From: Amoebophrya sp. A120 | Taxonomy: Eukaryota > Protista > Dinoflagellata | DNA: 64,000 nt | Assembly (NCBI GenBank): GCA_905178155.1 | Contig: CAJINV010000008.1 | Span: forward strand, 4,117,420 to 4,181,419 | Direction: 5' to 3' | In this document: positions 1-11,238 of the stretch, in pieces | Layout: each line of letters starts with the position of its first letter | How positions within the stretch are numbered: position 1 is the first letter of the stretch | Notes under the pieces: model-generated | What the model saw: the letters and a program-made list of their open reading frames with translations, nothing else | What the model was told of the DNA's origin: nothing | The model's database searches: none | Position numbers and translations under genes: made by a program

Positions 1-193
1 GTTGCCGTGGCGGCTGCGTTGTGGAGGCCACCCGACCGTCCGTAAAGATGAAGATCTAGCTTTATCTCCGTTCACGTGTAGACTAAAGTCGTCGTCGACA
101 TGTTGAAGATCTCCTTTTAATACCTGACACGACTCCGATCCTAAGCCAGCTTCGACGTTTTCACCTTCAGACTCAGTAGAAAATATTAAACAC

Positions 194-3100
194 ATGATTT
201 TAAATAGAAGCTTTACCCCCCCTCACGAACCGCAGGACGCCGCAACCTCGTGGCTTTTGGTTTCTTTTTTCATCATCATGCGGGGGTTTCTGCACCGAGT
301 AGATCGCTCTTGCGCGGCCGCGGCCACTTCTGCAGTGGTCAGCGCTACCAGTAGTTCATCTACCTCCCCTACTAGCACTAAAAGAGCCGCACGGTTTCAT
401 GTTTCTTCCGGAGATAGAAGTACTTCCCGCTCTCATTTCATTACTCTAGTCGTCTTTCTCTTTTTCATTTTCGCGCACCAGCATGATTTATGTGGTATTA
501 CCTTCCTCGCAACCGCGACCTACCACCCTCTCCTACGTACCAAAAGTTGTACGAAGAATTTCGCAGGGAATGACAATAAAGGTGATCAGCCTAACGGAGA
601 TCATCAGATGGCAAAAACTGCGGCTGAAATAAAGGCCGCGATTTTGAGCCATTTTTCCTTGCACCTGGTCCCAGCGGACAGAAACACGTCCTCGCAAGAA
701 CGGCAGAAAAATCGTTGTTCCAGTGAACAAGACTCTGCGCAGCAGCTACAGGCAAGCCCGCCTCTACTTCGAAGAGATGGGGGGCTTTTTCAAGAATATA
801 ATGCAGCAGGTGGACGGGACGAGGCGGTAGAGGAAGAGGACCACGATCATCAGAGGCAACGAGCCAAGCGAGATGAAAAAACTAGAGCTCCACTCGAGGA
901 CCACGACGATCCTAACAGACCGAGTCTTCTGCTGCTCCCCGAGACATCTCTGGCCAGCCTGGCTGCGAGGCAGCTAGCAGAAACTCGAGAAGATGCTATT
1001 TCCCGGACGAGGATGATGGCACTTCATCGAAGGAAAGCGTGGCAGGAGCACGCTTCTCCTGCTGGTGCGACCGCAGCGAGGGCCCAGAACGGTGAGCAAT
1101 ACGAGGATAGAAGTGCTGATCGTGTACTGCCGAGTACTACATCACGGGTTGCATCTAGTAATACGCCCGATCGGACGAGTGCGGCCTCCAGTTCCAGTTC
1201 CAGTTTTTCAACAAGCTCATCTAGTACTAGCAGAGGCAGCTCGTCGGTGGAAGAAGCCACAAATGCAGCGCCGGCACCAGAGGGAGCTCGACCCAGAGGA
1301 CTGCCAGTATTTCTCATGCGGCCAAACTATGGAAAAGTCCTGCAAGTGGACGGGCTGCAGTTTCAGATCAGCGTAAAAAGGGATGTCGAACGAAGAGGTA
1401 GCCCGCAGGTTGGTGAAGAACCCAGTGCCAGGTGCAGCGGCCACGGTCGAAAAATTGGGACAGCAGCACCACCGGAAGGAGATCCTCCTCGTTGTGGCCG
1501 CATTTTTGCGCAAACAGGAGCTCCAACTTCATGCAGCCTTTTGAATCATGAAAGGTCCGCGCCAGGAGGCTGTGGGCGACCACAAAGTTGTGCAGCAAGA
1601 GATGAAACAGGAGAAGCTGCATCTGCCCCATCTTCCTGTTTCTCCGGCCTGTTCGAAGCCAGCAAGCGCACGCTGGCGTCATGGTCATCACCGACTTCTT
1701 CTTGCGCGGGCAGCGCTTTGGATGCGGACCTACTTCGTGATGTCCTCGGGAAAAAGCGGGGGCGCACAGAACAGGACCACGGTAAGAACGACTGCGGTCG
1801 TCGGTGTGAGGCACCAGCTACCTCAGCAACACGTTGTGCTGGAGCCGCGTGGAGGTCATGGCCTCAACAAGGACGTGGACAAGAAATGAAGCCCTCGTAC
1901 AACACCGCCGAGAGGCCCTCCTCGTCTGTCGGTGAGCGAAAAGTCGTAGTGACCGGGAACTTTTTGTCCTACCACGAGGAGAAACGTGCGGGGGAAAATT
2001 GTCCACGACAAGAGTGGGAACCACAACCAAAAGGTGGCCGTCGTGATGATGGAGAAGTAGAAGGATCTCGTCTTTTCATCACGGAGTCTATCGACCTCGC
2101 GATTCCTGCGAGTTTCGTGGAAAAAAAGCTTCTGCTTCCGACCAGAAAAGCCCATAGTACAACGGCCCCGCCCGCACGAGGACCGGGTGTAATCCAAGAT
2201 GCGACGAAGAATTGTAGTTCTACCCCTTGTTCGCCTATTGTCGCGACTTTCCTGTTCGATGTTTTCCTTGTGCGCGGCCGCGTGGTGTTTGCGCTGGCGG
2301 AACAAAACGAAAATGGAACTACAAATGTTGACGCAACTACAACCCTCGAGCCCCTGTTGATTCAAGACCCGAAGAGGCAGTTGAAAGCCATCACGCACGC
2401 GACCTTCCAGCACGCCAAGCATCGACTCAGCCACGCCGGTTTCTTTTACGGCGCGCCCGCGCTGGTCGCTTCCCTCGGGGCGATCGCTAGTGCGGTGGCG
2501 ATGCTGTACGGGCCATCTTTGTTGCTGCACAACATGACTTTGACCCTCGGCTGCGTCACCGGGTGCATTTGGGGTGCCCAGGCGACGTTCGATATGTTGG
2601 CGGCAAAGCGGGCCCAGGACGAGAGAATTTTGGAGAAAGACTGGCAATTACTCAAGTTCCTGGCGAAAGATTGGGTGGTCTTCGCCTCCCTGATGGCGCA
2701 AGCGCAGTGGCACGGGGGAAGCTGGAATCCGCGGATTGCCCACCGGACGGCTGCGAACGCAGAATGCCTTATCAAAGAGATTGAAGCGCGAATTCAATCC
2801 GGGCAATTCAAACTGAACTCATGGCCCGCGGCGGCCCAACAAACGCGAGCACCTCGTGGGGTTTGTCGGGGAGCTGCTCCCTCAACATCGGCAAATGGAC
2901 CACCAGCTTCGTCGCACGGAGGCTTGCAGCCGCGCGCGCACAGTATAATTCGTCACAGTCTCCTGGCGAGAGGTGAGGATCGCGGTCAAGATCATGAACA
3001 TGCTCAGGGAAGGAACGCCAGGAAATCCGCCCAGTCCTCTGTAGCCCCTTGTAAAGGCAAGATCGTCGGGCATTTGCTTTCTGAGGAAACGAGCACCAAA

Positions 3101-5449
3101 GCGATGCTCCTTGTCATGCAGCTAAACAAACGGAGTGCAGAATCGGTTCTGCGCCAGAAAAAGAATAAAAAGACGCACCGGGCTGAGCGGCCAGACCAAT
3201 CGCTATCTTCGTCCGACGCGGATTTAGTAGTTCAACGCCGCTCTTTAGTGCCATCACCATGCTGTGGAACGGCGACAGCCGCCGAAAGAAGTGCTACTTG
3301 TCTTCCGGGAGACGAAGAACCACATCACGCACAAGGCCAGCAGAGCTTGGGCCAGCTGTGCCAGAGCCAGTGTAGTCAGCTGTCTGCCGCTGGGAGCAGC
3401 CAAGAAGCGACGCAACCGGGTGGACAACTCAGCGGGCGGGTGGAGCCGCAGGACGACAGGAGAAGAAACTTGCACCATGACACGACCGACAACTTCGAAA
3501 AGCCAAACCGCATCTGTTTCGATGAGAAGATGATCCCGTGTAACACGACGAACGCTGCAGGTGCTCCTGGGACGAGCGCAACGAGGTACTACAGCTGCAC
3601 TACGGACAAGTACGAGCACAACTCGTCGAGTAGTACTTCTAGAAGTTGGGCCCCACCTTCTGCTTCGTCATTCATTTCCTGCTTCAGTTGCGACATTTGC
3701 GGCGAGACCGCTGTGGGACTCGGTGCCAAGCCTGTGGCTTGCCCTTCTAAGATAAACTACACGACGAGTTGTAGAAGTTCATCTTCCTCGACGAGTTCAT
3801 CTTCTACAAGATTGAGAAACAAGGATCAGCCTCTAGTCAGAGTTAACCTCCAAGCGCTTCCCTGCGGCCACGTGTTTTGCTCCAGCTGCGTAAATGAGCA
3901 GCGCCGCGAGGTGTTGAAGCAACAGCATGGAGAGGAGTACACAGACAAAATGTTTGCTGCCACGCAGGGGGAGCCAGTTGGGATAACCTGCGCGAAGTGT
4001 CGTGCGGGGTGCTACGCTGTCGGGTGCGAAGCGGTTTGCTCCTCATCGGAATTGCTTGCAGAGCAGACAGGAGTTGTAGAGAACAGCGATTGGGACGACG
4101 AGTGCGCTGGTACAACTAGGGGCGAGCACGAGGAAGGTGCAGCTCCTGAGGGGCTACGAGCAGGAACATCAAGGGACTGTACCGCGGGGCTGTCTGTCTG
4201 GCCCTGGTCTGGATCGAAGAAAGAAACGGTACAACATGCTGAGGCACCTCGTCCACTAGCGCCGTCTACTTCAGCAGCAGCTCTGCAAGCTGCTCATTCC
4301 AGAAGCTCTGATTCCTACTTGGGAGGCTTTGCCGTTGCTGCGACAAGCCGATTCTTCCCACGAATAAGCGTGTTCGCCGGACTGAAAAGTGGTAGGCAAG
4401 AAAAGGCGACCAGCGCGACGGCCCCCAGTTCATCTTCACTAGAAGAGACAGACGAAATAGTACACGACCTCGGCCCGCCGTACATCGACACAGAGGCGGA
4501 TGAGGTACTAAGCAGTCGTGCCTTCGAATTTAGTGATTCCAGTCGTCGCAGTTCCGGCAGAAGTACTTACGGAACTGCCGGAGAGCCCGTTCATCTCGCA
4601 CGACAGCGCAGTGCAAGCACTGCAGCCTCGTCGAGAGATAATCAAGCTCATGCTGCGACAAGAGGTTTTTTATCTGAACAATTGCAGCATGATCATGATC
4701 TTGCACGGCAACTAAAAGATGGTGAGACCGACGAAGTTGATGAAGGCTATGTGATGTTTGAGGAGGTGGAGGAATCCGAGGCGGGACTACTAGAACAACA
4801 TCAACATGATCACGAAAGAACGTGGTTCACGAATCATGGGCAACAAGTAGCCCTGAACGTTCCCACCCTCGAGGAGGACCCCGCAAAGCTCGCTTGGCTA
4901 TTGAGTCTGAGAGTGAATATCTACACGGGCAAAGTCGAAACAGAACAGCCCGTCGTGGTGGAGCGGTGTATCTGTCGTGCTGGGATGAACCACGAAACAG
5001 CTGCACCGACGTCTTCCGCATCCGCTTCTACAGCTGCGCACCATCAATCTGGGCCGGCGACAGGTTCTACTTATTTCCCTGCTTCGTGCGCTGAAATTAG
5101 GGAACCTACTTCGCTAGCACCTTTATTTAGGCATGAACTTACTGCGGTACGAGTCGTGGCCCCTGATCATGATGAAGAAGCTGCAACTCACGCCGGGCGA
5201 GATGGTCACACGACTAGAGGAGTTTCCATCGGGAGAAAACCCTGGTCCAGGATCTGGGCTAAACTTCATTGTTCCGTTTCCCCATCCGCTGCTGCTGCTG
5301 CTGCCGGAATAAACAAGAAGCAGCCCTCACAAGCTGCCCTGCACGTAACGCCGCAGTGCACGGCGCAGCTCTTGAAAAGTTTGAAAGGGGTGGGACATCG
5401 TCCGGAGGAGCGTCGCCGATTGTTTCTGCAGGAAGCTGGAACAAGCTAG
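194..5449 (+). CDS. Large low-complexity protein with RING-type zinc finger and a central hydrophobic segment
   Basis: 1751-aa uninterrupted ORF. CDIC...LPCGHVFCSSC...CAKC (~3690-4000) fits a C3HC4 RING with Ser-rich inserts. Hydrophobic stretch FFYGAPALVASLGAIASAVAMLYG. True start codon uncertain. Confidence 0.7.
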   Translation: MILNRSFTPPHEPQDAATSWLLVSFFIIMRGFLHRVDRSCAAAATSAVVSATSSSSTSPTSTKRAARFHVSSGDRSTSRSHFITLVVFLFFIFAHQHDLCGITFLATATYHPLLRTKSCTKNFAGNDNKGDQPNGDHQMAKTAAEIKAAILSHFSLHLVPADRNTSSQERQKNRCSSEQDSAQQLQASPPLLRRDGGLFQEYNAAGGRDEAVEEEDHDHQRQRAKRDEKTRAPLEDHDDPNRPSLLLLPETSLASLAARQLAETREDAISRTRMMALHRRKAWQEHASPAGATAARAQNGEQYEDRSADRVLPSTTSRVASSNTPDRTSAASSSSSSFSTSSSSTSRGSSSVEEATNAAPAPEGARPRGLPVFLMRPNYGKVLQVDGLQFQISVKRDVERRGSPQVGEEPSARCSGHGRKIGTAAPPEGDPPRCGRIFAQTGAPTSCSLLNHERSAPGGCGRPQSCAARDETGEAASAPSSCFSGLFEASKRTLASWSSPTSSCAGSALDADLLRDVLGKKRGRTEQDHGKNDCGRRCEAPATSATRCAGAAWRSWPQQGRGQEMKPSYNTAERPSSSVGERKVVVTGNFLSYHEEKRAGENCPRQEWEPQPKGGRRDDGEVEGSRLFITESIDLAIPASFVEKKLLLPTRKAHSTTAPPARGPGVIQDATKNCSSTPCSPIVATFLFDVFLVRGRVVFALAEQNENGTTNVDATTTLEPLLIQDPKRQLKAITHATFQHAKHRLSHAGFFYGAPALVASLGAIASAVAMLYGPSLLLHNMTLTLGCVTGCIWGAQATFDMLAAKRAQDERILEKDWQLLKFLAKDWVVFASLMAQAQWHGGSWNPRIAHRTAANAECLIKEIEARIQSGQFKLNSWPAAAQQTRAPRGVCRGAAPSTSANGPPASSHGGLQPRAHSIIRHSLLARGEDRGQDHEHAQGRNARKSAQSSVAPCKGKIVGHLLSEETSTKAMLLVMQLNKRSAESVLRQKKNKKTHRAERPDQSLSSSDADLVVQRRSLVPSPCCGTATAAERSATCLPGDEEPHHAQGQQSLGQLCQSQCSQLSAAGSSQEATQPGGQLSGRVEPQDDRRRNLHHDTTDNFEKPNRICFDEKMIPCNTTNAAGAPGTSATRYYSCTTDKYEHNSSSSTSRSWAPPSASSFISCFSCDICGETAVGLGAKPVACPSKINYTTSCRSSSSSTSSSSTRLRNKDQPLVRVNLQALPCGHVFCSSCVNEQRREVLKQQHGEEYTDKMFAATQGEPVGITCAKCRAGCYAVGCEAVCSSSELLAEQTGVVENSDWDDECAGTTRGEHEEGAAPEGLRAGTSRDCTAGLSVWPWSGSKKETVQHAEAPRPLAPSTSAAALQAAHSRSSDSYLGGFAVAATSRFFPRISVFAGLKSGRQEKATSATAPSSSSLEETDEIVHDLGPPYIDTEADEVLSSRAFEFSDSSRRSSGRSTYGTAGEPVHLARQRSASTAASSRDNQAHAATRGFLSEQLQHDHDLARQLKDGETDEVDEGYVMFEEVEESEAGLLEQHQHDHERTWFTNHGQQVALNVPTLEEDPAKLAWLLSLRVNIYTGKVETEQPVVVERCICRAGMNHETAAPTSSASASTAAHHQSGPATGSTYFPASCAEIREPTSLAPLFRHELTAVRVVAPDHDEEAATHAGRDGHTTRGVSIGRKPWSRIWAKLHCSVSPSAAAAAAGINKKQPSQAALHVTPQCTAQLLKSLKGVGHRPEERRRLFLQEAGTS

Positions 5450-7941
5450 ATTTAGGTTTAAAAGATGTTCTGGAGTGAGATACAGTGACTGATGGAAGAT
5501 CGCAGAAAAAATCCTACCGGTCGATGTTGAAGGAAGTTCGACTAAGCTACAACCGCCGACGAATTATATCCTGAAAAAAGAGACCGCCGGGTCAAGAACA
5601 CATGGAACACGAATGATTGTTGTTGATGCTCAGTGCAAAGGTTTCGCACATTTTTATCTACTTCAGATGTTGTGACAAAGAGAAGACGGCGAGGTCGAGT
5701 TGACACACTGCATACTTAGAAGTTGGAGCACAGTGAAAAAAGCAGGCCATGCTGACGAGAAGGATATCGTCAACTGCCTAGATATCACTGCCACCACTTG
5801 AATTTGTGCACGGAACTTGAGCGAAACTTTTTAGGAACTTTTTTTTGGCCTCTGAAGCTTTCGCCATACCGCCGTGATTGGCGACTTTGAACATTGTTTG
5901 AACATTGGTCGGATCCTTTGTTCGGGGTTCAAGAAGTGGCCCTTCTACCTTTGAAACGCAGGCTGTTTCTTTGATTCAACAAATTCAGCGGCTTCGTTTT
6001 TGAATCAAAAAGAAAACTCGCTTTGGGGCTAGTGCGCCGTCTTTTGCTGGACCATTTCCGACCTGGCCTTGTCCTCGGGCTCAGGTATATCTGGCCCATG
6101 GAGGCGAGATGGACCCTGCGGACGGGGGCAATTCCGTCCATTGCCGGGCCCCAGATTGTTCCGCGTCGCGCCAGGGCTTTTACAACCGCGCGACCACTCG
6201 CTCGCCTTTGTTGGGCGTGGTTATTCGTCACTCCCAGCAAGCTAGCGCCTGTGGCAACGCCCGCGGGGCGTCTGGCCCTTTCTCACATCTACCATACCTT
6301 CGTGTAACGCGCGTTACACGAGCGGTCTATGCTTCCCTTTCGTCGGCAGGCTGTCCCTGGAAGCTACAGAGGGGCGGACGCTCCGAATCTTTCCGACCCC
6401 TCCCCCTGGGGTGTCGGGGGTGATCTTTTCAGGATCTTCGTGGGTTCTCAGGGCGTCGTCTGTGGCCCGTCGTGCCGCCAGTAACCATGCTGACGAGAGT
6501 GATATCGTCAACCGCCTAGATATCACTGCCACCACTTGAATTTTTCCAAAAAAACTTGTGGCTGCGCGCATTTTCGTGCGATTCTTCCTTTTCGAAAACG
6601 CTTGCTGGGCTGCGCCATTCGCTGCGACTGTATCCTCCGGAAAACACTGCCCATACCATGCTGATTCGCCTGGTTTTTTGGGTCGCTTTCGTGCGTCGGC
6701 GCGAGTTGTCCGTGGTGCAAGCCTCCTGGCGGAGGCTTCCTTCCTGAGCTGCCTAGCCATGGCCGCCTTCCCTGGCTAGGCAGCACCGGGAGTGGCCGTT
6801 GTTTTCGGAGTACATGCTCTGGCCGTGGTGCCTTTCGATTCTGCTCTCAGAATGCCTGCGCAGCATCGGGCGAGGGGGTTCTTTGGCAGAGTGGGGCTTC
6901 TGCGTGCACAGCCAGAGAGGCAGCGCCCTATGGCCACGGCCTTGCGCCCACGGCTACTTAGTCCAGGGCAGCAAGGTGCTGGGGTGTGTTCTGCCTCGCC
7001 CCGCTGCTTCGGTACAGTTCGCAGGAATAGCAGCAAAACCACGGGCATCGCAATCTGTACCAGCGGCGTTCGTCCACAATAGAACAGAAAGAAATAAAAT
7101 CTGATAAGGAAGTCTATATCGTCAACCGCCTAGATATCACTGCCACCACTTGAATTTGTGCACGCGCGGCGGTTTCAAGACAATCCAAATCTGGATGAAC
7201 TACGTTGGCAAAGATCCAATTTCACTCTTTCGACACTCTTTTTCAGAACCAAATAGCTAAAGCATCACAATTATCGCATAAGTGTGTATGTCTCTTAATT
7301 ATTATACCAGAAATCGCTTTATTAGATCTCTTTCGCAGCTGCACAAAAATCAGAACAATTCATCAAGCACTACCCGCCCGCCTGAAGAACTTCTACGCCT
7401 GTAGCTATTTTTTTGTTACAGGATATTACTCAAAAACGAAAAGAGCGAATGAATGATGTCCTGGGCTGAGACCTGCGAATTTAATGTCTTGTCGGTGCGC
7501 GTTGTGATTCTGTTTCGTCATTTTTTTCGTTTGTATGAATAATGAACAGCAGGACCTTGTCCTTTTGTGCCTTTTTAGCTTTGTGGTGTTATTTTTGCTT
7601 TGCTGGTTCCCATCATTTCAACTTTATTTTCAAGTGCGGGCAGAGTAAGAATAAGAAACAAATATTTTCAACTTTTTCGCATTCCAGTCGTCCATGAAAG
7701 AAAACCCCTGCGAAGAAAGATCGTTTTGTCGAACAACAAGTACGCGAAGAGTGTGAGTATGCGGATTGATTCTGATCTAGTTGATGAAGTGTTTTAAAGT
7801 TTTACGCGCGACGATGGCCACGACTACACCAGCGACATCAAAAACATTGGGACATCGCAGCTCCGTTCTTGCTTTTGGTACATCAAGGTAAGTACAACTA
7901 CCTGCTGGCTTTTTTCCGGAAAACTGAGTGGAGCCAAGAAC

Positions 7942-8526
7942 GTGAAGAAGATGAGAGTCGTGGCGCGTTCTTTCTTTATCTTGTCCGTAGTGTTCGGAGA
8001 GGTTGCAGAGCAGGCGACACATCAACAAGAGGCAGCGCAGATGCAGATGCAGCCTGTTCATGAAGATGGCGGGCGCGTTCAGCGTCCACCGCAAGACCGG
8101 GCGAAGATCGTGGGAGCTCCAAGTGGCGCCAACGGGGGTGGCGGAAATCCAAGTGGCCCCAACTTGGGCGTGACATCACACCCGGCTTCGCAACCGAGTC
8201 TTCTCGGCGGACTTGCTGACGGACTTGCTGCAGCGGGCTTGTCCTTTTCTTGGCCTTCTGGCCACGAAACTGACGCAGGATCTGCGCCTCCCGCTTCTGC
8301 TGCGGATCCTAAAGATAGCGCTCGCATACCGCAACATCAAGAACAACCTCGTGGACGAAGTCTTGTCCGCAGCGCGGCCAACGAGGACAGACGACGCGCC
8401 ACTCCGTTTGATACTGACAACGAGGATGGGGATGATGAAGACGTCGAGGATCAGGATCCGACGTTGGCCGGCTTGCAGGCGCTAGACGCAGTCACCCGCC
8501 TAAACGCTGACTTTAGGCCATGCTGA
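7942..8526 (+). pseudogene. 5' fragment of a signal-peptide protein gene, truncated by array repeat 4
   Basis: MRVVARSFFILSVVFGEVA looks like a signal peptide. The last codons and the stop (agg cca tgc tga) are supplied by the repeat's left extension at 8515-8526. Confidence 0.5.
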
Positions 8527-8870
8527 CGAGAGTGATATCGTCAACTGCCTAGATATCACTGCCACCACTTGAATTTTTGCGGGCTGGCAGGAGTCGGCCT
8601 TACGCTCTTGCTCGTTGAAAGCGAATTGCTTTGAAGTGCCCTGCTATTGGAAATGAATTACTTACAATGCCTTGGCATAGAAAGTATTTTGTTAGTTTGC
8701 TGTGCTAGTATGTTGCAAGTAATTCGTGTTCAGCGCCAGGTCGTTGAAAGCAACGCGCCTTCAATATAAGGGGTCGCCTAGCAGCTGCCACACTTGAGCC
8801 TTTCGGAAATGCGTTCCCCCACGTCGGACTTGTGCTCTGGCCGGCAGTAGGTCTGAAGACCTCGCGCAAA

Positions 8871-9412
8871 ATCCGAGAACTTCGCGGATGTGAGCTGTCA
8901 GAGAACTTTCGCGCGCAAAGTGCCGAACTTTGGCCCCCTGCTCGTGAAAGTTCGCTCCACGTGTCCAAGCGAGGCGATTGTAGAAAAAAAGCGGAAATCC
9001 TGGGAACTAATTTCTGTAAGTCCGTTGCGTAGGATTTGCAGTCAGGTCGGGATTACCGTCCGAAACGCAGATCCTACGCAACCTACTTACAGAAATTAGT
9101 TCCCAGGATCCCACATACAACAACTCCTCGGATGTCAGCTCACATCCGAGAACTTCGCGGATGTGAGCTGCCAGAGAACTTTCACACGCAAAGTGCCGAA
9201 CTTTGGCGCTTTGCTCGTGAAAGTTCGATCCGCGTGTCCAAATGAGGCGATGTAGAAAAAACACGGAAATCCTGGGAACTAATTTCTGTAAGTCGCTTGC
9301 GTAGGGCGTGTCGCCAGACCGGGACTATCGGTCGAAACGCAGATCCTACGCACCTGCTTCAAAATTTTTGAAAGCCGAAGACTTAGGAACTGCTCTGGGA
9401 ACTAATTTCTGA
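8871..9412. repeat. Direct and inverted repeat cluster in spacer 4 (MITE/TE-end-like)
   Basis: ATCCGAGAACTTCGCGGATGTGAGCTG...CTGGGAACTAATTTCTGTAAGT occurs at ~8871 and ~9144. Inverted arms of ~43 bp at 8997-9039 and 9067-9109. Confidence 0.85.
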
Positions 9413-9489
9413 AAGCTCTAAGTCAACCGCCTAGATATCACTGCCACCACTTGAATTTGTGCACGCATCAAGAAACAGGGGCAGGGCGG

Positions 9490-9750
9490 CAGCTTACCGA
9501 CGCGTTCATCAAGGAGCTCGGAAAGATGCTCGATGAGGGCCTGATCGAGGTCTGGAAGGATGGAGTGCAGTGCTCCTCGGAGCGCATTCTTTCCAGCCGG
9601 TGCATCGTAGACCTGAAGATGGTCAGTAGGTGGCACTTCCGTGTTGCCTGCAGGATCGTTCCGGGAGGTCATCTCAGTTCTCTGGAGGTGTCGGCCGAGA
9701 GTCCAGCTTTGAGCGAGTTGGAGCTCCGTCTGCTGGTCTCGTCTTTGCGC
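9490..9750 (+). mobile_element. Fragment of Ty1/Copia-type reverse transcriptase
   Basis: AFIKELGKMLDEG...RILSSRCIVDLK...VACRIVPGGH...SAESPALSELELRLLVS resembles the Copia RT N-terminus (A..E...L / I.SRWV..K / KARLVARG / TFSP...R.LL). Begins right after repeat 5 and lacks the rest of pol. Confidence 0.6.
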
Positions 9751-10020
9751 AAAGTGCGGGGAAAGCGGGTACTGCGTTCAGGTGACTTGTTTTTGTTTTT
9801 GTTTTTCAATCGAAAGATGAGCGAACAAGATGAGAGATGGTCGTCTGTTTTTGTTTTCATCTTTTTTGTCCACAAGAATAAGAAGGTCGTGATATCGTGC
9901 GTAGCATCGTGAAATAAGTCGTATTGTCGTACTGGACTTTTTTCCTTCGCGCTTTTCTTCTTGTCGTGGTAAAAATAAAGTTGTACGGGTCGGATTTTCC
10001 TTTGTGCCTTTTCTTTGTTT

Positions 10021-10155
10021 ATGCCAAGCACCAGAATTATGGGCAACGAAGGAAAGGCAAACACACATATCCGACCTTGTTTGTATGTTTTGTTTGGGCT
10101 TGGTACAAGCCAGCGCAGTTGAAAGTTCCTAGTTTCTGTTGAAGTTCCGTTTTCG
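10021..10155 (+). repeat. Split direct repeat A1
   Basis: 135 bp; matches 22714-22848 with 2 transitions. Confidence 0.95.
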
Positions 10156-10761
10156 ATTATGAAGTCCTACTGCACTGGCAAGATTGTGGGAGTTTCTCAC
10201 CCACACTAGTTCCCCCTTCAGCAGTCCGTCCAGAGTTCCTGAAGAGTGCCATGGATGATAAATGCGATGACGCAGCCCTCGACCGAGCTTTATGGAAACG
10301 CGCATGCATTTGCGTGCTGACGATGCTCTGAACCGAGACCACCGAACACCGCGCGCACGTTGTGTCACAGGTATAGGTAGAGTTTTTTGTTCTACTTGGT
10401 GATGTTTATGTGATGTACTTGCATTTTCCGCACCCACTCTCTCCATGTTCCATCACATCGAGCACCCAGGTATGCTGTGGTGAACTTGCCCAGCAGTGCC
10501 CCCGGCTTCGGCTAGGCCCACTGCTGAGCTATGTGACCTGCAGCCCCATGCGTTGTCACCAGCGTGACGTAATACGCGTTCCCCTCGAGCCAGCGGGACA
10601 AGTGAAGCCCCACGCTGGATGTGGAAAACCATGCTTGGGATCAGTATGCTTGCTATACTTTGCCTCGTAGCACTTGAGTGCTTCACTATCCCGTGCTTGA
10701 TTTTATCTCTACTCTCACAGCGGCCTTTTGTGATAAGTGACTCAGTCTGATAAGTAGCATC

Positions 10762-11238
10762 ATGACAGAGCCAAGCAAGAAGAAACTCGCGAAGGACAGC
10801 AAGGACTTCGCGCTGTTTGTAGATCCACCTGCGAAATACGACAAAGACGCGCTTGATAAGACCTTAGCCTCCGTAGTTTATCGCCTGAGTGACTGCGAAA
10901 TGGTGATCGAACATGACAGACATTGCCTCATCTCGCTTAAGCGTAAAGAGCTACAGCTTTTGAATCTAGCGAAAGCAATTGAGACGACGCGCGACTCTGA
11001 GACGCGAGAGAAGATTCTCGCAGCAAAGCACGAGTTAGACGCTAAAACTACGGGACTGAGCGGGCAGCCCCTGGATTTCGATAAAATCCTGAACCGCGAG
11101 CGCGGTATCTGGATTAGCAACATCAAGCGCCTTGGTATCTCCAAGGACCAGATCGCTCCGCCGCCCTACCTCCCGAAGAAATATAATAATCCTTGCCTAG
11201 ACTTGCTTGTTTCATTTTTAGAGAATAAAGAATCATGA
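10762..11238 (+). CDS. Accessory ORF of the YR element, 158 aa, basic N-terminus and coiled-coil, unknown function
   Basis: ATG start with NLS-like PSKKK. Its stop overlaps the ATG of a small hydrophobic ORF (ATGA at 11235). Confidence 0.55.
   Translation: MTEPSKKKLAKDSKDFALFVDPPAKYDKDALDKTLASVVYRLSDCEMVIEHDRHCLISLKRKELQLLNLAKAIETTRDSETREKILAAKHELDAKTTGLSGQPLDFDKILNRERGIWISNIKRLGISKDQIAPPPYLPKKYNNPCLDLLVSFLENKES

Noticed and set aside
5779-5812. Array repeat as an snRNA or SL-RNA gene (AATTTGTG/AATTTTTG resembles an Sm site)
   Set aside because: No U1-U6 or DinoSL hallmark, and the Sm-like part is truncated in R2. Not fully excluded without a covariance-model search.
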